In this document: positions 12,082 to 24,339 of the stretch, piece after piece | Layout: every line of letters starts with the position of its first letter | Position numbering within the stretch: position 1 is the stretch's first letter | Origin: Guillardia theta CCMP2712 | Taxonomy: Eukaryota; Protista; Cryptophyta | Reading direction: 5' to 3' | Assembly: GCF_000315625.1 (NCBI RefSeq) | Contig: NW_005434532.1 | Span: forward strand, 33,007-97,006 | DNA: 64,000 nucleotides | The notes under the pieces: model-generated | The model's input: the letters and a program-made list of their open reading frames with translations, nothing else | What the model was told of the DNA's origin: nothing | Database searches by the model: none | Translations under genes and position numbers: made by a program

Positions 12082-13900
12082 CTAAGACGTCACAAGCCCT
12101 ACCTGAGCTTCGAGCTTTGGATCAGCCCTTGTGTCCAGTTGGTGGACAGTGTTGGTGCTATCCTTCATGTGGCTACATTGCGAACGTGAGCGTTTGATCC
12201 TTGGAACCTGCGTTGTCCTCTTCGACTCCGCTGAGGACGGACGATGTCCTGTCCTCTCCTTCTCCCTCTGCGACAGCAGGTCCGGCATCCTCCTCCGCAG
12301 TATGAGCCTGATGTTCTCACCCAGCGGGCTCGAGTATGACGCGCTCCCCTTCAAGGACACGCCCTTGTAGCTCGTAGCCTCCAACCCTCTACCTCCCACT
12401 CCCAGTCCCCACTTGCTCTTTCCCTCCTTCTTGTCCGTCACTTGACCCGCCGCCCCCCGCATCGGCCTCGGGAACTCCCGGAGGTTACCAAGGAGCTGCC
12501 CTCTTGCTGGAGCAATATCCTTCTCCTGCTCCTCGGCAGCGACAACAAGCTGCTGTTCGTGGTCCTGGGATGTCCTGCCTGATACGCTGACGCTGCTGTC
12601 CTCGGATGAGCCAGCGGTAGCGTGCGGTAGATAATCAGCTGCTGGTTGAGCAACTGTGAGCGATAATGGAGCATGCTGCTCTTTTTGTTTCCCTTCCTCT
12701 TCCTGTTCATAATCCGCTCCGTTCGTCTCGGGACTTGCCTCACGAGACAAGCTTGCGTAGATGTTGTCCAACTCCACGGAGCAAGACGAGTCCAGGGCGT
12801 CAAGAGCAAGAGCAAGCTGCTCATGGTCCTCATCCCTGCTGTTCACCACCTGACCCGGCTTGTTTTTCTCTTTTCTTCTCAGCATCGCATTGATCCTCGG
12901 GGTGTACTGGGTGATGGCTCTTTGCAGCAGGATGGTCTGATTCGAGCTGAAAAGACTTCCCCTCAAGTTTAACGCCAGCGAGCTCGGCGCAGCCGATGGA
13001 GCTGACTGAACGGACTGCGATCGGAGGAACGCGCCTTGGTCTGCCTCCTGCAGGTCCCGAGCAGGAGCAAGCGTCCCGCCTGTCCACTGTCTTGGGGTGT
13101 AGGACCTCGGAGTCTGCGCTCGCGACATTGTAGCTGGGGCTGGAGCCAGACGGGTCGAGACTGTCAAGTTCCTCGGAGGTCCGGCTGTGAGAATGCGCGT
13201 GAGAGCGTCAGGCCGTGATGCTGAGGTCAAGGAAGAGAAATGAAGGTGCTGCCCCTGAAGAAGCCTCAACGACGCATGTGTCAGGGATCAACTTAGAGGA
13301 GACCGAGCACGGCGAGCTAACAGCCCGTCGCTTCCATGTGCTGCATCACCTGCCTTGGGTTCGCTGTCGTTCTTTCACTGATTATCCTGACTTCTATCAA
13401 TCAGCTCACGGGCACTCCGCCATTGCCGTTCAGCCGCTGTGTCTCCTTCAACAGTCCAGCTACCTGACGCTGCCGAACTTTGTCAGGTGAGAAACCCAAA
13501 CACCAGTTGACGGCCTTGCGGCCTGGCTGCCTGGCTGCCTGGCTGCCACTGCCTCATTACAAGACAAGTACATTTCTATCAATATCTCTATCTAATGCTT
13601 CGCTCTAACCTCCTCGCAAGTCTGGCAATCGAAGTACTTGAGTTTCATTTCAGCTGCCAGTGTGCCTGGTCCATCTGATCTAATTCTGTTCGTGGTCTCG
13701 CATACTCCCTAGTCCCCTCCTTACAAACTTTTTGCAGACCATACGATCAGCCGACAGTGAGTTGGCCCGAATGACCTGGCCCAGTGGCGTGGAATATCTC
13801 ATCCTGCTCCTCGACTCAGCCTGGGCTCCTCTCTCAGGGTCTTCTCTTCCTCTCCTCTTCTTCCTCCCCCCATCAGCGCCTTCAAAGGCCCCCTGCATTC
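12082..13900 (-). CDS. Hypothetical protein: long terminal exon (12082-~13270) plus probable upstream exons
   Basis: 395-codon non-repetitive ORF. The upstream ORF 13680-13988 contains a GTAAG donor after ...RMVCKKF. No family recognised; 5' boundary approximate. Confidence 0.5.
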
Positions 13901-13959
13901 GGATGATTGTTCTGTCCGTTGACTCCAGGTCACTTCGGCAGCACTTCGGCAGCTTGACG

Positions 13960-14640
13960 GGGACTGAGTGGGGATGGGCCATCCCCATCCCACATGGTCA
14001 ATGAGGGGATGTGGACATATTGATTTCATCCGGTCTACCAACTCTCTGGTTCCCGCACTCTACGCCTCCACAGCTACGTCCATTGCATTAGAGGGTGTAT
14101 CAGGGAAACAGGGGTGGAGGCGCTGGAAGGTTCGATTTCAATGGTCAGAGAGTGGGTACATGTGGGGATTTGGAGGGGTGGGTAGTACATCCATTTTTTT
14201 AAATAGGCGTGGAGCGGCAACTAGGGGGTAGGGGTAGTCAGGTCATGTCCATGAAAGAACCCCATGAGCACCGGTCTAGTAAATGTGAGGCTGAGAGGGG
14301 GGTAGTGGTTCTTAATCTGATTATGAACCTGGGAGACAGGGGTGGTAAAAGTATGGGGGGTAGTCCAATAATGTATTCTAGATAAAACCGAAAAGAGTTG
14401 ATTTGATTCCATCATTTTGATCCTGTCACCACCCCATCTAACATGACTACCCTACCCTCTTTTAGTTGTTGATCATACAAGTACCCCACAGGTGTAAGGG
14501 CACATTCATAACCCCACCCTGACACAATACTAGTACAAAGGTTGACAGACCGGGTATATTCTGGCATGAGTAAACCCTACCCCTGTAAACGATGACACAC
14601 GGATTTGAAAGACCCCTACTCAACGAGTGCCACCCCTACC
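13960..14640. repeat. GGGGTA/TACCCC-rich intergenic tract (G-rich left half, C-rich right half)
   Basis: Repeated ggggta and accccta motifs between divergent genes. Confidence 0.45.
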
Positions 14641-14960
14641 TCCAAGGAATGTGATGCAAGGAATTGTGATGAGGAGATGATAAGCAGGAGCAGGAAAGTA
14701 GAAGAGGAGGCGGAGAAGAAAAAGGAGAAGGAGAAGGAGAAGAAGAAGGAGAAGAGGAAGAAGGACCAGGACAAGGACAAGGACAAGGAGAAGGGAGAGG
14801 AAGAGGAGAGGGAGAACCGGGGGGGGGAAGGGAGGATGCTAGAAAGGAGGAGGAGGATGACACCCATTGGTCGGTTGTAACTCCATGACGTGACTTCCCG
14901 CTAGGAGAGCAAGAGCAAGAGCGCGCGAAGGAGGAGAATTTCACTCGCTGCCCAGCAAGG

Positions 14961-17668
14961 ATGAGCGCCGATGAGGAGGGGAAGAAGGACTCTGGCCATG
15001 AACAACCGTTGCCAATCCAGGTGCCGAGCATGCAGCTGTTGCTCTGGAGAGGGCGAGTGACGGCAGTTTGCCAAGGTCCATCCAAGCAGCGATGAGGACG
15101 CAGCCAGGAGGTCCGACGATGCTCCTAACCGAGAGTCAGAGGACGTGCACCTCGTGAGATGCTCCCCCTCCATGACTTTGACTCGAGACATCCTCGTCTC
15201 CTCTCCTTTGATCTCTCATGCTAAGTCTCCTTCTCTTGGTCCCTCCCCTCCCTCTCTACTTCCCCCCCTCCCCTCCTTTTTCTCCTTCCTCCTTTCTCCT
15301 TCTTCCCCCTCCCTCCCTCCTCCTCCTTTCTTCTTTCTCCTTGCCATCTCCTCCCCACCCCAACTTTTTCCCACGCATCTGCCCTCGTGTTTCCTTTTCT
15401 CAACTCTTTAGCTGTTTCGAGCCGGCAGTTCCTCCCCCTTGACAATCTCTCTTGCAGACCAACAATTCCGATGTCCGACTCGGAGTGAGCGAGTCGAAGA
15501 ACAGTCTTGACGTGAGGTAGCAACGTGCTGCTTGCTCTGCCATGATGGCTCCAATCCCAGGTCTCGCCCAAGTACCTTGAGGTCTCGTATCAAGACATCT
15601 TCCGTCAGTTCATCTTATTGGGTAAGTTTGAGTGATTACATCATCAACCCTCCTCCCTCACATGATGATCTTCTGCGCCATGATCTCCTCCTCCCGGTGA
15701 CAACAGTCGTTACCTTCTGCTCCTCCTCTTCAACCCCCTCTTTCCTCTGGCCGGCCCGCCCACCGATCCTCCGCGTCCTCCTTCCTCTAAACTCATTTTC
15801 TTCTCCTCTGTCTTTCCAAGCACTCAATTTTCTCTGCCTTCTTCTCACCGCAAGTCTTGTCGCTTTAGTGGTTTATTCCCTTGTGCTTCTCCTCCTTGAC
15901 GTGCTTGCAAGGATGGACTGCGTTTGGCGGGCCAGCAGCTCACATTGGTAAGAGAGGAGGCGACGAAGGAAAGATTTGGAGTGTGGATAGAAGCAGCAGG
16001 CATGAACATGACAAGGGGCGAGTCATAGAGCGAGGAAGGAAGTTAGAGGACAGGAGAAGAACAAGGAAACCAGGAAAGTAGAGGACAGGAGACGAACGAG
16101 GAGGATGAGCGCAGAGTAGGGGAAGCGGGGAATGGAGAAGAAGAACAGGAGGAGGAGGCTGCGCAAGACGGCATGGCTGACAGCGTGTCTCCTACAAGCT
16201 CTGTTCCAGAAGATCTTCATCGAGAGGCTCAACTGGATGTCTCACTCGCTCTTCATGGAGCTCTTCGCCCTCGGCCAGTGCCTGCCGGGACCGACCTCGA
16301 CCCAGGTGAGCCAACTATGCTAGACTTTCTGCCTCTCTCCATGTTCCTCCCTCCGTCTCGCTTCCTCCTTCCTCTCTCTTCTTCCTCTTGCACCTTCTCG
16401 CTCGCTCGCTTACTCTCTTCTTCCCACTTTCTCCCTCTCCTCGCCCTCGCTTCTTCCCTGCTCCTCGTCCTTAAGCACCTCCAATATCCTTCTATCCAAA
16501 CACCATCAACCACTCTGACCCTCTACCTCTTCCTTCCCGTTCGTCGCTTTTCTCATCACCTTCACAGGTGTCATTTGCTATCGGAGTAGTCAAGAAAGGA
16601 ATCCTCGGAGGACTACTCTCTGGCATGCTCTTCCAGTAAACAACCTTCCCTGCTCCCCCTCTCCCCTTCACTTCTCTCTGCTCCCATTTCTTCCTATTAT
16701 CTCGTCTTCTTCTTCTCCTCCTTCTTCTTCTTCTCCTTCTTCTTCTTCTCCTTCTTCTTCTTCGACTACTACTACTACTACTACTTCTCTCACTCCCTCA
16801 CTTTCTCACCTCTCCTCCACTCTACTTCACTCTACTTCCTCGTAGTCTCGGTGCCCTTTCTTTTCCTTCTTATTGCCTTTCAGGTATCCTGGACTGCTTA
16901 TGATGTCAGTCATCGGATATGCTGCTGATCAAGTAGACTGGCAGAACGGAGCTCTGAAGGTCTTTACTGCTCCTTTCTATCCCTTACGCTCCTCCCCCTC
17001 CCTCCTCTCAATTTCTGGTTCTCCTATCGCCCTCATCCTTGCTTCTCTACCTCATCTCCTGCTTGTCTCCTGCCACAATCTCAAGCGCCCTGCAGGGTTT
17101 CGCGTCCGGTCTCGGAGCCGTTGGCGTCGCACTTGTGGCAGGAGCTGCGCTGACACTCTCGCAGAAGACATGCCCAGACAGGTATAAGGGGGAGGACGAC
17201 GACGAGGACGAGTGAAGATGAACGAAGAGGGGGAGGATCGGGGTGGAGGAAGGAAAGGTGGACGAGGACGAGTGAAGAGGAGGGAACAGGGAGAGGATCG
17301 AGGAGGAGGAGGGAAGAAATTGAGGAGGAGGAGGAGGAGGAGGAGGAGGAGGAGGAAGGCAAGAAGGGTTCAAGGAGTAGGAGAGGAAGGAAGAGAAAGG
17401 AATGCCTCTACTACCGCACGGTAACGATGGCTGACGACAGGGAGACGAGAATTCTTAACCTCATCGCGGCTGTCTTGGCCTACATGTGAATGAGCAGATG
17501 CTTGTGAGGAAGAAACAATGACTTTTCTCTCAGGTTCTCCAGCGCGTGGATCTTCCCGTCGCTGATTGCCTTCGGTGGACTTGTGACGTTGATCAGAGAA
17601 AGAAGTGAGGAAGAGGAGGAGGAGGGGAGGGAGAGGACGGGCAGGCAGGCAGACGGGCGGCGGTGGAG

Positions 17669-17704
<36 letters not shown>

Positions 17705-20021
17705 ATGACTTCTTGTTTTCTTTGTGGTTGTGCAGTAATCCCGTCAAGGAGGCGCCAGGAAATGAAGGGATTGAATCCCTCGGAGTGAAGAAGGTGAGAG
17801 GGCAGAGGAGATGAGGAGGGAGGGGAGGGGAGAAGAAGGGAGCGAAGGAGAAGAGAGTGACGGGGCGGGATGAGCGAGGAGACTTGAGGGAGGAGGGAGG
17901 AGGGAGGAAAGAGGGGATGTAACCGACAGGCAGGTCACGGGAGCGATTCTCCTCATCGTGTGGATTTCCGTTCTTGTCATCGCTATCGTCCTGCGAACCT
18001 CAGTAATCAAATATGAAGGATCAGGTGAAATTCTTGGGATCTCAACCCTCACTCCCTCATTTTCGTCTCCACTCTCCTCCTCCTCCTCCTCCTCCTCCTC
18101 CTCCTCCTCCTCCTCCTCCTCCTCCTCCTCCTCCTCCTCCTCCTCCTCTCACGCACCTTCAGGCCGCGTCCTATGGTGGTTCGAATCGTTCTATCGCACA
18201 GGCTCCATCATCTTCGGAGGAGGGCAGGTGGTCCTGCCGCTGCTGGTGCAGGAGGTGGTCCAGTACAAAGACTTGTGCGCGGAGGAGGCAGGCAAGACGG
18301 TGAGTTGCCAACTGCAGCCTCTCTGTATCCTCCAGCCTCATTCTCTCTTGTTCTCCTCAACTCTTCCTGTCAGTTTCATACTTGTCTTTGTTGTCGTAAC
18401 CACCTTAACCACTACCACGACCTGCAGCATTATCATCATCCTCATCTTAATCTTCATCATCATCATCTTCTTCTCCTTCTTCTTCCTCTTCCTCTTCTTC
18501 TTCTTCCTCTTTTGTTTTATTACGTTGACAGGTCTGCTCGAAAGTGCCCGATTACACCTACTATGGATCCTTTAGCAACCCCAACGTCCAGAGTTGGATG
18601 ACGGAGGAGCAGTTCCTGGCGGGGCTCGGAATTGCCCAGGTAAGGAGGAGGAGGAGGAGGAAAACGAGGAAGAGCAGGAGAAGGAGGAGATGCCGAGGGA
18701 GGGGTGGAGGCGGGGGCGAGAATAAGGCCCAGTGAGAAAGTTAAAGGGAGGGAGCAGGTTTCAAAAAGAGGATGGTAAAGTGAAGAGTGAAAGGAGCAAG
18801 AATGGATGGAGGACGGGAGGAAGGAAGAGAAGAGAGGTTGAGGAGGAGGAGGAGGAGCAGCAGCAGCAGCAGCAGCAGCAGGAGTGACACAGGATCAGGC
18901 TATGCCGGGCCCTCTCTTCAACATCGCCGCGTACCTCGGAGCTCTCACGGCGTCTCAAGCTGGTGTCAACGCCATCGTCGGGGTCTGCGCCACCTGGTTT
19001 GGCCTCTTCGGTCCTGGTGAGGCAGAAGAAGGGAGGAGGAGGAATGAAGAGAGGAGGAAGGAGAGGAGGTTGAAGGAGAGGAGGAGGAACTGTAGAGCAG
19101 GAGAAGAAGGAAGTGAGGTAAGAGATGGCAGAAGATAATACTCCGAGAAGGCGAAGAGGGAGAGGAAGAGAACCTGCAAACAGCAGGACGAGGACGAGGA
19201 CGAGGAGAAAGAGGCGATTGAAATCGCTCACATGTGTTGCAGGTGTTCTTGTCATCTTCGGTACTCTGCCGTTCTGGGGAGTTTTCCGTAAGGTGAGCAA
19301 GATTCAAGACAGAGTTCTCCTGTCCCTCCCCCTCCCCCTCCTCCTTACATTCAACGTTTGTCTGCGTCTTGTCTCTTGCTTTATTTCCCCTCCCTCGTAC
19401 TCGAGTTACTTCTCCCTCCTCTCCTCCTCTCTCCCCTCCTCCTCTCTCCCCTCCTCCTCTCTCCTCTCATCCTCTCCTCCTCTCTCCTCTCCTGCTCTTT
19501 CCTCTCCTCCTCTCTCCTCTCCTCTAACTCACTTCTCCTCAGCAACCCGTCTATCGCCGCGCCCTGCCTGGCATGAACGCGGCAGCTGTTGGCCTCATAG
19601 TCGCCGCTGTCTTCAGCCTCTACGATAAAGTCCGTCAGAGCAGGTCAATACAATCGATCCTCCCTCCCTCCCTCCCCTCCCCTCCCCTCCCTCCCTCCCT
19701 CCCTCCCTCCCCTCCCCTCCCCTCCCCTCCCCTCCCCTTCCTTCCGATCCTCCCTCCTCCCCTCCCTCTCTCGCTCATACGTCTCCTCCCTTCTCTCCCT
19801 CCTCAGACTTCCTTGTCTCCTGTTGCTTCTCTCCCTTTGCTTCCATCGTCTTCTTGCTCTCACTCTACGTCAGCCCGTTCCCCGACACAGCTGTTGCCAT
19901 CGGCCTCATCGGCTTCGTCCTTGTTGAGATCTTCAAGGCACCGGCTCCTCTCGCCATCGTCATCGGCGGCATCCTCGGCATCTTCGGGTGGGCAGTCAAG
20001 CTCAAGTGGGTTGCGGGATAG
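14961..20021 (+). CDS. Long-chain chromate ion transporter (CHR family), multi-exon
   Basis: Exons encode GWTAFGGPAAHI, FMELFALGQCLPGPTSTQ, FYRTGSIIFGGGQVVLPLL, WMTEEQFLAGLGIAQAMPGPLFNIAAYLG and GMNAAAVGLIVAA, i.e. two CHR half-domains. Start and stop are inferred. Confidence 0.92.
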
Positions 20022-20340
20022 GCACGAAGGAGAGCAGAAGGGCTCCAGCGAACAAGTCAATGCGTTGCACTTGTTCATGTTGACACAGGATATGAAATTG
20101 TGAGAGATGATTGTCAAGTATTGTTTGCATCTTGTCAAGCAGCGCATGCATGAAGAAACGAATCATGTGACTCGTACCACCGCTTCCTCTCCCTTCGCTT
20201 GCTCTCACCCGACGATTCGCAGGATACCTACTGAGCTTTCTTTCCTCGGAAATTCTCCCTTCTGCCTTCTCTTCCGCTTCCCCCCATCTTTCTTCTGCAA
20301 TCTTCTGTTTTCGTAGTTTACTTCACTCAAGCACTTAAGT

Positions 20341-21561
20341 CTACTTGGCAGCCTTGCGCTGGGCGGCGCGAAGCATGCTGTGGCACTGCTCACGCTTGGC
20401 CTTGGCACGCTTGTGAGTTCCGAGCTGCGAGAGAGAGAGAGAGAGAGTCAGCAGGATTCCGAGAGGAGAAGAAAAATATCCATGGGACACCATGACAACA
20501 AGACAGCAGGTAGAGCAAAATGACGAGATGACATGAAACATCTTCAAAGAGACCAAGTTGCAAATACATGTGATAATTGGAGATGCTAACATCATTCCTC
20601 AATGTGATGATGATAACATTGATAAAAATGTCAATGGTACAAGAGTGCAGGAAGCATGACAGTTCAGGTGCCAAACAATCAAAGCATGATGATCCAACAG
20701 CAGGGCGACTCGTCACATGTCTTACCCTCTTCTTGCACAACTTCAGCACGCGCTTATCCCTTCCGTTCTTAAGCAACTCCATTCCTCTTCTCTCGAGGGG
20801 AGAAACGCCGGCAATCTCACGAATCACGTCGCGCACCAACTTGACCTTCTTAGTGGACCTCTGTAGAACCAAGGTTACAACCTTGTCGAGACAAGACATG
20901 AGGTAGGAGCAACGTGAGGTAGGAGTAACATGTACAAATGCGCACGTAAAAAATACAACTATCAACACCATCTGATGTCTCCAAAATATCACAAAGAACA
21001 ACCATCCACAGTAACGGAGAGAGAAGGAAAGCAAATCTTCTTCGTCGCATTCCGTATCAACAAGTGAAGGACAACGAGATCTCGGTACTCAAATGCTTCA
21101 AGCGTGAGTCAAATCATACGTATTTGATACGTATTTGAATAAGATGCACCAGACAATACATTACAAGAGTGTAAAAGGGTTCAGGAGCTGGTGTAGTGCA
21201 TTATACTTCATGTTGCACAGGTGCTACATGCAAGGATTTTCAACTCAAGACACAAACTGGAATGAAAGAAGCATCCTTCTCATCATCGACAACATCTGAA
21301 CCAGATACAACTCCTCTTCTCCTAGCATCATCTCTTCCTCAACACCCTTCCTCTCCTCCCCTCCCCTGCAACCATCAAACCCCAACAACGGCATCAACCC
21401 ATCCACACACATGCTCCCCAAGGCAACAAGAGGACGAGGAGGGGGAATCAGAATCAGGTTCTCACCCCCTTCTTCCTGGAAGGACGGACGGCAAGCGTTC
21501 GCTTCTCCACGAGGAAGCCCTTCCTCAGCCCCACCGCCAGCCCTGATCCTTCGCCCGGCAT
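20341..21561 (-). CDS. RPL36: 60S ribosomal protein L36e; exons 21561-21466, 20860-20726, 20424-20341
   Basis: [32 protein letters not shown]|[45 protein letters not shown]|[12 protein letters not shown].. Confidence 0.97.
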
Positions 21562-21747
21562 TTCTTCGCACGCGCACGAGTCCACGCGCCAGGGTAAAAA
21601 AAAGAAAAAGAGCGGGGAGGCGGGGTACACGATACAGATCTGATACGTCGCACAATGACGGTTACAATTCACGTTAAGAGATCGGGCATAGAATGATCGT
21701 TACAGTCATGACAATGATGTAACGGATCTGGCCTGGGAGGACTCGAA

Positions 21748-24290
21748 ATGTCGGAAGGGAGGAGGCTGTGGGGGGAGGAAGGGGATGGAGGGGGCAGGGG
21801 ACGACGAGGGAGAGGGAGAGGGAGAGGAGGGAGAGACGACGAGGGTCTCGAGGGAGGACGGGGAAGGGGAGGAGGAGGAGGAGAGAGAGGCCGAGGCACT
21901 GTTGTGGGCAGGGGGGGGCGAGGTAGGGGGAGGGGGGTTCTGTATGCTCCGAATGGAGATGAAGGAGAAGGGGCGACAGGAGTGGCGGGTGGAGCGGCAG
22001 TACAGGCAGGAGGATCGGTGGAGGGGGCACCTGCCCCGAGGTTGATCCTTGGAGCGAAGCCTCTACAGCAAACGTCAGAGGGGGCAAGGGTTTCGTCAGG
22101 AAAAGATCCGAGCAGTGCTAGCAAGGCTCCTCCAGTCTACAAGCTGCTGACAGAGAGGTTCGACTTTGTTGGAGGAGGGGAAGCCATGAAGGCCTTGACG
22201 GAGAACACGGACTTCGTGGTGATCGCTGCCATCGGCATGGCTGTGAGGACGGGAGGGGGGAGGAGGAGCATGAAGCAGCTGAACTCGTTTCAGGGATCAG
22301 GGAAGTCTTTCATTCTTAACGAGCTGGCTGGATATCAGAACAGGTCCCTCCATCCATCCATCCATCCATCCATCCATCCATCCCTCCCTCCTTCATGGCA
22401 GGCGGCTGTCGTGTGATGCTGCAGCAGCTCCGAAGACAACGGGCCTGCACTGAGGCCGTTCGTGGTACAGACGCAAGATATCATGCTCGAGGGCTCCCAC
22501 CAGACCGTCGGGGTCGACATGTACATCACAGGTGTCCTGCTGCCTCGCGGGCATGACGCGTGCTCTGACATGCTCCGGCCTGCTCTGTGACAGGAGAGAG
22601 GATAATTCTCCTTGACTGCCAGCCGGTATGCAGCTCATCGGTGGTGTTGGACATGGTCCTGGAAGGAGCGCCTCTGCCGGCGATCGCATGTACCTACGAC
22701 CACCTTATGGATATCCAGGTGAGAGGATGCTGCTGCTGTTTGTCGAGATGTCGGCCTCATGCTCCGAGAGAGCTGCTGCACAGCGTTCAGCCCCCCTGCT
22801 GTGCGATGTTTGAACCCAGCCAGAGTTGATTTCAGAGGCAGCAAGCAACCACTGCAGCTCGTGTGCTAAGCTTGTGCTCTTGCTGCCTGCCTGGCGCTGT
22901 GGCAGCTTGTTCTTACATGCTCTATCAGTCGCTGCAGCTTATGATGTTCATTCTGGCCATCAGCCATGTAGTCATTGTCACACAACCCAACGTCCCTCCG
23001 AGCCGACCCCTCCTCTCTGTCCTTCGTTCCGCTCACTGGTAGATCAATACTTTGTCCCTCAGGACCATCGTACGTATGACGCCTTCCAGGCTATGGATGC
23101 CTCCTGAACAGCTGGATGAGGAGGAGGAGGAGGAGGAGGAGGAGGAGGAGAGTGGGAGGGGGGCAAGACAAGGGAGCTCGGAGAAGCATGCCGCGCCGGG
23201 CAACGGCAAGTTGGAGTCGCTCAAGCAGGACGTGGAATCTCTTTCTCTGGACCCTCGAGGAGGAGGTACCTTCCTCAAGGGAGCTCCGCACATCGTCTTC
23301 GTGCACAACATGATCCCGGACAGCTCTCTGACGGTGAATCGGCTCCTCGTTCCCCTGGCCGTGGGCGGCTGATGGTGTTGCGCAGGTCCTTAGTCAGAGG
23401 AGAATAGAAACTGTTGTCCACGAGCATTTTCGAGGGACTGGTGAGAGAACATTCCTGCTCCCTTTCAACCCGCTTCTTTATCACCTTTCCCACTCCCACC
23501 CCCCCTCACCACCTTGCTTGTTCCCGTCCTCGTAGGCATTCTTCTAATATTCTCATCTTTACCTCCTATGCCTTTCGCTCCTGCCTCCTTCCCGATCCGC
23601 ATCGCTGCATACCAGGCCTCTTCCGACACGCACAGCATACCAGCTACAGGCGGGTGAAGCCACTGAACGGCAGAAAGGTGGTCGACCGCTGGAATCTCTT
23701 CTCGATGAGTTTGACAAGCAGCGCAGGAGGAGGGAGAGGACGAGGGCAGCGTGTCAAGTCCCGTCAACTGCTATCTCCTGCCCATTGACGAGGATTCCCT
23801 CCAAGGAGGGATGGCCTCCCTTCAAAGGAGGCGAGCTGCTTGCTCGGGGATGCTTCCAGCGCTGACCTGACACGGCAGGCCCTCCTTCCGTGTCTACATC
23901 GACAGGCTAACACATGAGATCCTCACCCTCCCCCGCGTCCCCTTCGCACGGCCCATGTCGGAGAGAGAGTCAGTGCCCTGCTGAGAGGAGGTGGGGGCGA
24001 GCTGAGAACTCCTGGCAGGTGGTGTCGTCTTGCTGGACAAACATGGGATAAGGTGACTGCTTGTCTCCCTTCTTGCTCCTTCTCTGCCTGGGACTACATC
24101 CTCGTTCTCTTCCTCTCTTCCTCGCCCCTGTCCTCCCACTGTCTCTTCCGTGCTGCTAGAGTTCAGCCAGTGCCGCCGTCCTATGTCATACTCACCTTCC
24201 TCTCTCGCCCTCCGACGGTTTTCTTTCTGCTCACTTGAGTGTTTTTGGTTCCTCTCCGTCATAGATCGCAAGAAGCGGCTCAAGGATTGA
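21748..24290 (+). CDS. SMG9: Nonsense-mediated decay factor SMG9-like, multi-exon
   Basis: G/R-rich N-terminus, then DFVVIAAIGMA|GSGKSFILNEL (P-loop), HQTVGVDMYIT|GERIILLDCQP, SLQLMMFILAISHVVIV, PHIVFVHN and MSERE. Ends approximate. Confidence 0.85.
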
Positions 24291-24339
24291 TCACTGTCGT
24301 AGCATACGGAGAAATTGATGTTCAAGTAAAAGTTTGGGC

